64,000 nt of DNA, taken from positions 9,796,001-9,860,000 of the forward strand of contig JBHGNT010000009.1 in NCBI GenBank assembly GCA_043228905.1, given 5' to 3'. The translations under genes were made by a program, and so were the position numbers. Origin of the DNA: Azolla caroliniana (lineage: Eukaryota > Plantae > Polypodiophyta). Below the pieces are notes generated by a model. That model was not told where the DNA came from, searched no databases, and saw only the letters and a list, made by a program, of their open reading frames with translations. Positions 26,822-38,199 of the stretch are shown here, in pieces. The first letter of the stretch is position 1. Each line of letters opens with the position of its first letter.

Positions 26822-27463
26822 AGAAAACCGTCCCTTAGCGCAATCGGTGCATAGCGCGCACGAACCGGCTCTTCACGCGTGCGCGCCCTTTAATGTATAT
26901 AATAGAGGATTAGGTACAAAGGTATATCCTAGGTAATTAGATTTGGTAGGTAGGAAGTTAATGAGGGAAACGGCTCCCTTCTTGAAGCTATAAAGGAGAG
27001 GGAGACGCGGGGAGAAGGGGGTCGTGCATTGAGGAGGACGAAGTGTTGCCGGACCGTAACCGAACGCTTCTCCTCTGTTTGTTCTCTATTGCTCTTCTCT
27101 GCGGGTTTTCGGGAGGCTCACGCTGCTTTGAGGAACGCCGTGTGCTTCCGGCAGCACCTCCATCCTATCCCCTTTTCGTGCGCAGACGAACAGGCATCAG
27201 CATCTGTTCGCCGGCCCGTTCGGTTGTAACCGCTCGCATGCTCTGTTGTTTATTTGTCATTCGTTAATATACAAACATTTGTGTCTCTCTGTCTCTATGT
27301 CCATTCGCGTCTTCTGCGTTGACGGGCCGTGCCCCTGTGTTTCTTTGCTCATACGTAACCGAGCGTCTCTCTCTTTCTCTTTCCCCCTCTATCACCTGCT
27401 CTTCAGTTCAAGACCCCGGTGGTCCCGCCTCGTTTTTCCATGTACGCGCGTAGTAACGCGACA
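26801..27463 (+). repeat. T3 PPT (26801-26813) and 3' LTR (26814-27463)
   Basis: AGGTGGGGGCGGA immediately before TGTCGTG. Confidence 0.95.
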
Positions 27464-27939
27464 ATGTATTGATTACCGTTCTGTATTAATTATTATATCT
27501 TACGCGTGTATTAAGTTAATGCCATATTGCTAAGTAGCCAATTAAGTCTGATTAATTGTTCTGTCTTAAGTTATCTCGCCATAACACCCCTTTGGTGAAG
27601 TGTCTTCTGTAGACACCCTGTGTTAGGCCATTGTCAGGCCCTAAGGATTAACACAGTTTTTGGCAACCACGATTCCTACACAATCGCAGCGAACAACGGC
27701 GGGAATGGATGACGCGACCAACGAACGACCCGGTTACGGAGCAAGCAAGGAGACTTGCTGAATGGTTGAGGAAGCGAGAAGCTTTCTAGCAAGCGGCAGA
27801 AGAAATCAGAGCGGATCGCTCATTTTCCAAAGTGATCCAGAGAGTGGCCAAGGAGTCACTTCGTTTACAACAAAACAACTACCCGAACGAAGGAAGCAAC
27901 CTAAGCAGCCTCTAGGAAGCGGAATCCCTTCTCAAGGTA

Positions 27940-29070
27940 TTGGTAACGGGCGAAGGCGAATCCGAAGCATTTTCGGCATTTGAATCGGGTTCGGATGGGG
28001 AATACATCGCGCAGACGAACTACCGCAGCAGTAACGACACCCCAAACAGACCGAAGGACGAGGAGGCAGATACTTTGTTGACACCGGAACCCGAATTGAC
28101 AACGCTGGAACCTCCGGCACCAGAAGTCGAGCACACTCCGGAACTAGAACCAGAAGTCGAGGACGAGAGACCTCTGACACCGGAAGTCGTGGAGGAGAGG
28201 CCTCCAACACCGACAGAGGAGCGGGACAGACCTCTGACACCGATAGAGGAGGAGGAAAGACCACCGACACCACCAGCCCGTGTACCGACTCCAGACGACG
28301 ATATGTCGTTCCAATATCCCAGATACCGGGATGATCTGGACGTGGAAGCCCACGTCCATGCGTTTCAACAGACCTGGGAGGCAAACCATGTGTCCCAACG
28401 CTTAAATGCAGCCGAAGAGAAACGCTCAGAAAGGGCAGAGTTCAGCATGACCTTGGAGGGACCGGCCGCCAGATGGCACCGAACACAAGATCCCAGCACC
28501 ATCCCCACGTTTGAAACATTAAAAACAAAATTCTTTCATTTCTCTCACAAGGAGATGGACCAATGGGAAATGGTAGGCTTATTTTATAGTATTCGGCAGG
28601 AACCAACGGAGAACATTCAACGGTTTGTCATCCGGTTCCAGCGGATCCATACTGAGCTCAACCGGACACCACCGGAGGAAGAAACAAAGACCATATTCTT
28701 AGCAGCACTCCGGGAACCCTTACGAACGGTGTACACTATCATTGATTTTTGCACCAGCAACATAGATCAAGTGATCTATAGAGTTCGGGAAATGGAAAAC
28801 TCAAGTTCATGGCTAACCATGGGCGCACTTCAACGTGCACTACCGACAGATGAGGACCTCCATTTCCGGCAAGCAGTTCAATGTATGACATGCTTGAATC
28901 CCGGACATTCGGTGCTGGAATGCACCATGCGTTCCCAATGCTTGCTCTGCCACTCCAGAAGTCACACAATGGAACAGTGTGAGTATAACTTGTTAAATCG
29001 GCAAGCATCACCGGTCTGGCAAATTGAACCACGAAGCAATCGGGAGGAAGAAGAAGAATGTTGGCAGTGA
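27940..29070 (+). CDS. gag: Gag of element D (truncated), double zinc knuckle
   Basis: Homologous to the N-terminus of 43593-46856 (YRDD..EAHV.AF.QTWEANHVSQRL; C..C...GH....C, C..C...H....C). Confidence 0.85.
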   Translation: MVTGEGESEAFSAFESGSDGEYIAQTNYRSSNDTPNRPKDEEADTLLTPEPELTTLEPPAPEVEHTPELEPEVEDERPLTPEVVEERPPTPTEERDRPLTPIEEEERPPTPPARVPTPDDDMSFQYPRYRDDLDVEAHVHAFQQTWEANHVSQRLNAAEEKRSERAEFSMTLEGPAARWHRTQDPSTIPTFETLKTKFFHFSHKEMDQWEMVGLFYSIRQEPTENIQRFVIRFQRIHTELNRTPPEEETKTIFLAALREPLRTVYTIIDFCTSNIDQVIYRVREMENSSSWLTMGALQRALPTDEDLHFRQAVQCMTCLNPGHSVLECTMRSQCLLCHSRSHTMEQCEYNLLNRQASPVWQIEPRSNREEEEECWQ

Positions 29071-30686
29071 GAGGAGCGCTACCGGCCGACCCGACGTAGC
29101 CAGAAACGAAGACAATCGGACAAGGTCGACAACGACAGATATGCGAAGAGACAAAGACCGATGAACAACGACTTGATGGTCAGAAACGGCCGAATGGATG
29201 AAGTAAGAATGAACGAAGGACCGAAAAGATATGGTCAGAGACGAACAGCCGAACCGACCGACAGACAACAGCCAAGATTAGCCGGCGGCCGGAGACCGGC
29301 CAAAAAGCAGACAGAGACGGCTATAAAAACACAACAGATCGAAAAGACGGTGGTGGCCACATACCAACGACCAAGAAGTGGTTGGAGTGGTCGGACAACA
29401 TCCAGAACGGTCGGATAGGGGCTGGAGCGATGGTGGTGGCTTGACAACTGACGGCAAGAACAATGATGATGCCGAAAGAAGACCGGAGAGACACTGGCCG
29501 AAGATGGAATGGCCAGACAGAGGCCAAATAGTGGAAAGCTTGATAAAAGCAATGGTGATGGAGCGGAAGCCAACCGAAATGGCCAGAGATGGGAGCAGCC
29601 GGACAACAGCCGAACCGACTACCGGAAAACCGACCAGAACGGACCGGACGACGACCGGAATGGATCGGACTAAGACAGATCGATGCTGAGAACGGCGACA
29701 CCGATAGAGACTAACGAGAGGCCGGAAAAGTGCCGGTCGGAGAGCGGTCGGAGACGGCAACGGAGCCGGAGACACAGACGTGGACGAAAACCGACAAAGA
29801 CGGTGATGGGGTCTGCAATGGAGTGGTGACCGGACAACCACCAAGACATAGACGGAAAAGGCCGGAAAATGACAGCCAAACCGAGGGTAGAATAGCGGAA
29901 AAAGACCGATTGGACAGGGCCAAACGAAGAGAGAGATGCCGACATAGATGGAGAGCGAAGCGACGGACGACGACAGATAGAGACGGCACAGACGGCACAG
30001 GAGCCAAAGACGAGAGATAGAAGGGCCAGATAGAGATGAGAGGCAATGGTGATGGTTACAACAAACAACAGAGAAAGATGGAAGACGCGACAAAGATAGA
30101 CAGACAGCCAATGATACCTATAACCAAAATAGAGGAAGAAAGAGAGAAGAAGGGAATATTTGCAGAAGAAATCGAACAAGATGGGATACCCCCTTTGAAG
30201 AAGAAGTCCATGACGAATATGTGATGGCGCGAGATGCAAGAAATGGTGAAAATGTGTGAGTAACGACAACGACGTAGATATGAGAGTGCGCTAAATGATG
30301 ATGTTGTGTGAGTGTGCGGTTAGTGACAAATGACGGTGGGAAAGTGCGAGACGATTCGAAGCATGATATGAAATGACAATGTACGAGAAACCGAATCGAC
30401 GATGTGCGGCAAATGGTGATCACAATGTGCTAGACAAAGTCGCAGAATGAGACGCAGTGATACGGATGTGCGAGTGTATGAGAACTAACAATGTGCGTGT
30501 GTAGGAAACGGACACAGAAAGAGACGGCCATATCAGACGACGAGAGAGATACGGAAATAGGAGGTGCAAACGATGATGGCAATGGAGAAAAAGAAAAGAA
30601 AAAAATCGTAACCAGAATCAAGTTAGAGTCCAATGGGGCAACCGGTGTTTGACCACGAGAAAACAATAAGAAAAGAAAAGGAAAAA

Positions 30687-31060
30687 TGTTGTGCTGCTGG
30701 CCGGACTAGCCCCAACACAGGTGTCTTTCCGACACTTCTCCAAAGGGTGGTAAGGTTAGGATGTTAGAACACACACGTGAGATAATTATAATTAGCACAG
30801 ACGGTAAGACAATACAGACACTAAGATAATTACGCAATGGCTAAACTTGTATTACTTCTGTAAACATCATTACAATTCATCGGATCCTTTTATAGGCATC
30901 CGACAAGGTTACAAAACGGTGCGCTTAGGCAACCGGCATCCAAATCGGTACAACTGTACCGGATCCGTCCCTCCGAATAATAATCCTACTAATATTTACT
31001 TATTATTTCTCTATCCGATTCCGGCTTCCCACTTGTCCTTCCTCTTCTGACGGGCCAACA
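30687..31060 (-). repeat. Element C 3' LTR (374 bp)
   Basis: TGTTG...CAACA; direct repeat of 47254-47643; TATA CCTATAAAAGG on minus. Confidence 0.95.
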
Positions 31061-31062
31061 CA

Positions 31063-31078
31063 TGGCACGCCCGTGGGA
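31063..31078 (+). promoter_or_regulatory. Inverted PBS-like site (tRNA-Arg 3' end) at the PPT position
   Basis: TGGCACGCCCGTGGGA on plus, 2 nt from the LTR; resembles the plant tRNA-Arg(UCU) PBS TGGCACGCCC(A/G)GTGGGA. No purine tract is present. Confidence 0.7.
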
Positions 31079-31083
31079 AAGTG

Positions 31084-34066
31084 CTTTGCACTTCGAAACC
31101 CACACCCGGCCTCAATCTTCTTCCAAAATATCAAGCAAAGTCTGCTCGATGGTGTCAAGTGGTGCCTCTCCTTCGGTTCCCCGTTCCTTGCCTGCCTCTC
31201 CTCCGACTTCTGATTGGATTGGTTGCTGCTCCGGCTCTTCTTGGTTCCGTTGGACCGGTGCTTCCTCTCCGCTTCGTTCGGGTTCATCTTGTTCTTCTTT
31301 TATTCCGGGCTCCGTTCTATTACCGGTGTCGCTTTCCCTGGTCTCGACTGGCCGGTTCGGTGCTACTTCTTCCTCTGCCCCAGTGTTCCCTTGTTCTTGC
31401 GTTCCGGCCTCGGCCTGCAACTGCTCCTCCTGATTTCTTTGGATCGGTAGCTCTTCTTCGGGTCCTTCCTGTCGGGGTTGTTCGGTGTTGGTTGGTTCTG
31501 CCACATCCGGTCACTCTTCATCACTTATGGTGATCGGCGTCGTTTTACCCTCGGCTTCCTGTTGTTGACGGTCTTGCTCGTATTTTTCCAATTGTAGCTA
31601 AGTTTCGAGCTGCCCGTCATCCAATCTTTCCACCAACCCTCGGATCTCCTTTAGATGTTCTTCTGCCAAAGCGAAGAAATCCTCCGACAATTCCTCCCGA
31701 ATGGTGACTATGCTGTCTTCATCCATCTTATAAAATTTGTCACCCATCTTCCTCCGGTTCTCAGCATCCGCCTGGAGTGTCTGCAGCTCTACTGCCTGTT
31801 GTGACCACTCCTTCCATACCTTCTCAGTACTTTCATTGATGCTTGCCTGTGCCCGGTCACTCCATGCCGACATGATGAGCCAGATCCGGTCCGCCCCTAC
31901 TTGAGCCCATGCATTTGCTTCTTGCTTTTCCTTCCGCAACCGTGTTATAATCGCAGCAGTTGCCTGGGCGTGGCTTTCGTACTCCTCTGCCTTCCTTTCA
32001 TAGGTACTCCGAAGTTTGTTGAGCGTGTATGTAGCCCGTTCCTTTTCCTCGTTCTGGTTCTTTGTTATCTCCAACTTCTCCTGCCGCAACGCTTCCAGCT
32101 CCTTCCGTTGCTCGGACGCTTGGGTCTTTTCTGCCGACAAGGCCTCTTTTTAGACATCTAATTCCTCCATTGTCTTGGCCAGATCCAGCCGGGTCTACTT
32201 CCGCTGCTCTTTAAGCTTTTCTATTTACCGGTCGTACTCTGCTCCCCGTTTTTTGTTGTCCGACTCGGCCTGCTTGTGGTCCCGGTACAGCCTGTCAAAA
32301 TCCTCCATTTTCCGCTTTAGGCATCGGTTCACCTGAGCCCGTAACCAGTCGTCCCGGTCCTTCTGTTGCCGGAGTTCTTCCTAGAGTCGTTCTATTTCTT
32401 GCTCGGCCTGTCAACGCAGTCTGTCCTTCTCCTTTTGTAGCTTGTTCTTTTCCTCCCGCAGTCGGTCGTTATTGGCCTGACCTTTCCGGAGACCCTCTTC
32501 CGCCAATTTCCGTTGTTCTCGTTCTTTTTCTCTCAACGCCTCCTGAGCCCTTAATTCCTCTCTCAAGGTTGCTATGACTTTTTCAGACTCAGGGCCGGTT
32601 TGCAAGGCCTCTCTTTCCACCTGTTCTGGTTCCGGTTGCTTCCTTGTTGTCCCGACCGACTCGGTGACAACTTGTGCTTGTTGGCTCCTTATGGCTGCTT
32701 CCACCACCCTTTCCCTTGCTTGCATCAAGTCCCCTTGCAACTCCTGGATCTGTGTTCAGAGCACGACCAATTCTTGGGTTGTTGTTTGCGTCAGGTGTTC
32801 CCTACGCTTTTCCTCTTCGTCCAATTGGTCTGCTACCCCCGACACCTGCTCTGAGAGCCATCTCAGCCATTGTTGCTTGGTACTTCTTTCCAGTCCATCA
32901 TCCGGGGTGCGTTGCTTGCTTCCGTTCCTTCGTTCGGGCTATTTCTCCTGTCCACTCTCCGGCTGTTCCGATACCCGTTCATTTCCCATATCCGGAATTA
33001 ACGGTTCTCCGAAATCTAGCAAAACCGGTTCCGGTGCTACCTCCTTTGGTGCGGTCCTGGCTTCTTCCTGTTTCCTTTATGCCCCGGCTACTGGAGTCGG
33101 TCCCTTCGCCTGTCGTTGAGAGCCGTCAACTGGTGGAGCTGGTCCTTTCGACCATTTCTCCCGTCCCTGTCTTGGTGGGAGTCTCACCAGTTGCTCGGAT
33201 GAGTCCTCCGGCTTAGCTTCCTCCTCCGGTGCGGTTCCCAGACAGATCTTTTGTACAAAGTCCTCTGGTTCAGGTTCCGGCCGTCGCACCATTATCTTGA
33301 TCGGCTTGTGCACCACCGGCTCTTCCTCAGCCGGTTCTTGCGCGCGGGTGGTCTTCTTAGTCGTTTTCTCCTTCCCCTTCCCCACCGGTTTTGCCTGTGC
33401 CGCCGGCTGTTCCGGCTGTCATCGGGATGGCCCTTCTTCCGGTTGTTCTTCTTCTTCTTGGGTCCATCCCGGAGTGTGTTTCTCCAAGAGTTGTCGGCGT
33501 TTTGCTGTCTTCTTAGGAGTGGTCTCCTGCGGACCTCGCTTCTTTTGCTTGATGGGGAGAACTAGTGGGACTAACACCGTCAGCCACTACGTTATTCCGG
33601 CCCATGACTTCTTCCCGTCCACCAGGTTCCCGATGGTGTCCTTTAGTCCTTCGGTTATGAAGTGGAGCCAGTCCACTTGCAGGCCTTCATATGCCGTAAT
33701 TACGAACCCTGCCCGGTACTTTGGTATGGTCGGGGGATGAGGGTGTACAAACCCGTACTCCATCATGGCCCGGGCCACCTCCCCGAAGAACAGGTTCTGT
33801 CCGCCCTGCGTTCGGTACGCCTTGCTGCTTATAGAGTATTCCCCGAAATACTCGAACAGGATCTGATTGGAGGGTTGCTCGATGGATCGGAGTCCTCCGG
33901 CTTGTAGACCTGTGAGCGCTTGTACCGCGCCTTCCGTGATCTCCGACAGATCGATCGTTGTTGCCGCCTGCTCCGGTTCCCCGTGTGGTGGAGCGTCGGC
34001 GATGCGCAGCAGTCCTTCCAAACCGTTTTCTGTCATCCATTGTCGTGCTTCGTCCGACAGCGCCAT
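31084..34066 (-). pseudogene. Element C accessory ORF(s): globular N-terminal domain, long coiled coil, acidic tail
   Basis: Same-strand fragments 33587-34300 (MALSDEARQW...), 33077-33385, 32411-32740, 31598-32140 and 31112-31504; E/K/R/Q-rich; broken by stops and frameshifts. Confidence 0.65.
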
Positions 34067-34469
34067 GGGTACTGCTTCTTCCTCCGGTTTTTGCTGATCG
34101 GTGTGGGAGAGACGTGCTGAGTGTGTGGATGCTCTTCTGTGCTCTTGCGCGTGTGTGACTGCAAACTCATAAAATGTGAATCCCTCACAGGCCTTTGCCT
34201 TTTGTAGGTGCATTTCCCTTGAGCCGTCCTTTCTTGATTCCCGCACATGCATAACTCCCGCCATAATTAGCAAGTCCTTTCTTGATTCCCACGCGTGCAA
34301 ATCTCCTCGTGCTTCAGTGGCTGTGCGTTAATTAGTAAGTACTTGCCCACGTTCTGGGTTTTAAATAGCAAGTACCCCACGTCTCTCCATTTAACAAATG
34401 GCGCCTCTTCATTGAGTAATTGGCGACGCTTCCTTCTTTGAATGACTGACGCTCCCACCTTTTCTAGTA

Positions 34470-36024
34470 CCGGGACCTCTTCATGCCGGTTATCCGGAGC
34501 AGCTTCTGTCGGTGCCGGTTCCTCCTCATGCCGGTTCTCGGGGTCGTCTGGTTCCGTGTTCCCTAGGAACGGGTTAGCTGGCATATGTCCTTTATAAGGC
34601 TTCAGCCGGAAACCATTTGCCCATTTGCCGATGACTTCTCCTGCCAACGTGCCGAGCTGGTACGATCCATTGTACTCCTTGGTTATCCAGAACGGTCCGG
34701 TCCACCGAAACCGTAATTTCCCTGGCATGTTCCCCATTCGGGTCTGGAACAGTAGTACCGGTTTCCCGACTTCAAACTCCTTTTCGTTGCCCCGCCGGTG
34801 CCGGTCCACGAATGCCTTCCTTCTCCTTTGTTCCAGTTCCAGCTGCAACAAACTGGCTATCCGGTTTTCCTCTAATTCTAATAATGTTGCCAACCGAATT
34901 CGTTCGGACTCTTTTTCGCTCAAGCGCTCCTTTACCTGGATCCGTAAACTGGGAATCTGAAATTCAACCGGCATTACCGCTTCTAAGCCGAATGCCGATC
35001 GGAACGGGGTTGTCCGGATGCTGGTTTTATATGTTGTCCAGTATGCCCAAAGTGCGTTCTGCAGTTTTGTGTCCCAATTGGTTCGGTTCTCGTTGACAAT
35101 CTTTCGCAGAATGTTTTGCAGGGTTTTGTTCGTCGACTCCGCTAGTCCGTTGGCTTGCGGGTAGTAAGGAGTGCTCCGTTTGTGTACTACTGCGTAAAAT
35201 GACGTCAGACTTTCCACTACCTGCCCGAGAAAGTGCCCTCCTTGGTCACTTATTAGCTCGATCGGGCACCCATACCGGCACCATATCCATTCATACAGGA
35301 ACTTCCCTGTGGAAGCGGCCGTGTTGTCCTGTAGTGCCTTCGTCTCCACCCACTTGGTACAATAGTCGGTCGCCACTATGATATAACGATTTCCAGTTCT
35401 CATGGCCGGGGGCTTAAAGGGACCGACAAAGTCTAGTCCCCAGTTTTGAAATGGTTCTAAGGGTAGAACCGGGTGGTGCGGCATCCTGGCCTGCTCCGTC
35501 GGTTGGCCCAGTCGCTGGCACAAATCGCATTCCTTGCTATATCTCACGGCATCCTTTAGAGTGGTTGGCCACCACAGTCCTCTCTGCCATATCTTCCGAG
35601 CTGTTGCTTCGCCAGCATAATGCCCTCCGGCTATGCCACAATGGGCTTCCCTGAGGATCAAAACCTTCTCGTCACTCCGCACCGTTCCTCTCCAGATGTC
35701 GTCTGCCCCCTTGTGGTAAAGGGTGTCTCCGACCAGACAGAAGTGTCTGCTTCGGACCGCCAACCGTTTCCTCTCGTCCCGATTCATGTTTTCCGGGGGT
35801 ACTCCGGTACTCAGGAACTGGTGCATTTCGGTTAGCCATTTGTCCTCGTTTGCCACCGTTGCATCCGTGGCCGGTTCTGTCATGATCCGGAACAGCTCGG
35901 CGTCGGGGAACTCATCTTGTACGCCGTTCCCTTCTTCGCCGGATTCGAGCCTACTTAAGTAATCTGCTACCACATGCTGCACCCCGGGTCGGTGGAAGAT
36001 GTCAAATTCGAATTCTTGTAGCAG
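34470..36024 (-). pseudogene. Element C RNase H C-terminus + integrase
   Basis: LLQEFEFDIFHRPG...ADYLSR, H..GGH...CDLC, WGLDFVGP, ISDQG, NGLAE, WTGPF. Confidence 0.95.
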
Positions 36025-36093
36025 CAATGTGTTGGTAGACAGGTCCCTCCGGATGGGAAGGGAGAAGAACGGTATGGGGAGAACCCGACTTTG

Positions 36094-37467
36094 GCCAGGA
36101 TCGTGGTGAAGGGGTTCCAGCAGAAGAAGGGCGTGGACTTCGACGAAATATTCGCCCCGGTAGTAAAGATGACCTCCATCCGGACGGTGCTGAGTATAGC
36201 AGCAAGCATGGATCTCGAGGTAGAGCAGCTGGACGTGAAGACGGCATTCCTCCACGGCGACCTCGAAGAGGAAATCTACATGCAGCAACCAGAAGGATTT
36301 GTGGAGAAAGGGAAGGAGCACCTGGTATGCCGGTTGAAGAAGAGCCTGTACGGACTGAAGAAAGCTCCCCGGCAATGGTATCGGAAGTTCGACTCCTTCA
36401 TGACCGATCAAGGGTACCACAAGACGCAGGCCGATCACTGCATGTTTGTGAAGAAGTTCGAAGGAGGGGACTTCCTGATACTCCTCCTGTACGTGGATGA
36501 CATGTTGATCGTCGGACGAGACCAAGGCAAAATACGGATGCTGAAGAAGGCTCTCAACCGGACCTTCTCAATGAAAGACTTGGGTCCGGCAAGACAAATG
36601 TTGGGGATGCACATCATTCGGGACCGGTCAGTGAAGCAACTATGGCTGTCACAGGAGAAGTATGTGACAAAGGTGCTTCACCGGTTCAACATGTTAGATG
36701 CAAAACCGGTCTGATCGACACTTCCGGTAAACTGCAGGTTGTCCGGCAAGCAAAGCCCGAAGACAGAAGGAGAGAAGGCAGATATGATGAAGATTCCATA
36801 TGCCTCTGCCGTCGGGAGCTTGATGTACGCAATGGTTTGTACCCGACCGGATATTGGATACGCAGTCGGAGTGGTGAGCCGGTTTATGAGCAATCCCGGC
36901 AAGGAGCATTGGAACGCGGTCAAGTGGATACTCTGGTATTTGAAGGGCACTTCAAATATGTGTCTCCGATTCGGCACCGGAAAACCTCAACTGGACGGTT
37001 TCACCGATTCGGACATGTCGGCTGATGTGGATACCAGCCGGTCTACATCCGGGTATGTGATGACATATGCAGGGTGAGCTGTCTCGTGGCAGTCGAGGCT
37101 GCAGAAGACGGTTGCATTGTCAACCACAGAGGCGGAGTACATGGCAGCTGTGGAAGCCGGCAAGGAAATATTATGGATGAAGGACTTCATCGGAGAGCTC
37201 GGTATCCGGCAAGAGGAATACCGACTCTACTTCGACAGTCAAAGTGCCATCCACCTTGCTAAGAATGCGGCCTACCATTCCCGGACGAAGCATATCCAGC
37301 GGAGGTATCACTGGATCCCGGAAAGGGTAGATGACCAGGAGTTCGCACTAACGAAGATCCACACTGCCGAGAACGGGTCCGATATGCTGACCAAAGTGCT
37401 GACACCCGACAAGTTGGACGCATGCCGGAAGAGGATCGGGCTGGAAAGACACCCCATGCCGGAGTGA
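36094..37467 (+). pseudogene. Duplicated Copia RT-RNase H segment
   Basis: Near-identical to ~40889-42261, including two TGA stops. Confidence 0.95.
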
Positions 37468-37477
37468 AGGGGGAGTT

Positions 37478-38169
37478 TGTTGGTAGACAGGTCCCTCCGG
37501 ATGGGAAGGGAGAAGAACAGTGACGACGAACAGTGAAACGGTATGGGGAGAACCCGACTTTGGAGAGTCGGATGGTGTAGGCCCGGTATGAACCAGATGA
37601 GGAGTACCCGACTGCAGAGAGTCGGATGGTGTAGGCCCGGTATGAACCGGATGAGGAGTACCCGACCGCAGAGAGTCGGATGGTGTAGGCCCGGTATGAA
37701 CCGGATGAGGAGTACCCGACTGCGGAGAACCGGATGAAGCCCATCAAGGCTACATTTGTAAATAGCCGAAAAGTCATATTAGTATAAATATGACTTAGGG
37801 CAAACTTTTAGTGATGTTGTTATTATTATTCTTCTTTGTTGGTGCAAGAAGAAATTAGAGCGCATAACTGTACAGAGAGAGAGAGAGAGAGACGAGGTCG
37901 TAGCCTCGGTTGTAACTGCCGCCTGTGGCGAAGATCTGAGAGCACGAGGTCGTTGCCTCAGTGATCTCACTGTTGTATATTTCTGCATAGTGACAGTTTG
38001 CAGCTTGTGGGCTGCCGTGGTTTTTCCCTTACTTTGGGGTTTTCCACGTATACCTCCTGTGCACCATTTCTCCTCTTTTGTGTCGCGTTTTATTACCTGT
38101 TTTTCTGTGTATGAAAAGAAGCTCGGTTGTGGCCGAGCGTCGGACATAAGGAACGTCGAGTTCCCAACA
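37478..38169 (+). repeat. Copia B2 middle LTR (3 x 54-bp repeat)
   Basis: TGTTGG...CCAACA, preceded by PPT GAAGGGGGAG, followed by iMet PBS TGGTATCAGAG. Confidence 0.95.
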
Positions 38170-38199
38170 ATTGGTATCAGAGTAAAATCGACAGAGAAA

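Larger units (their letters stand above)
20476..27463 (+). mobile_element. Full-length Trp-Gypsy copy T3 (~7 kb)
   Basis: Two 650-bp LTRs, PBS, gag-PR, RT-RH-INT, PPT; flanks ACGT/ATGT. Confidence 0.97.

Noticed and set aside
29161-30666. Many overlapping ORFs on both strands
   Set aside because: Low-complexity, compositionally biased sequence with no recognisable domains.
36025-36525. N-terminal part of the 752-aa ORF 34267-36525 as a novel integrase extension
   Set aside because: It is the antisense of the inserted Copia; the true upstream sequence resumes at 42917.
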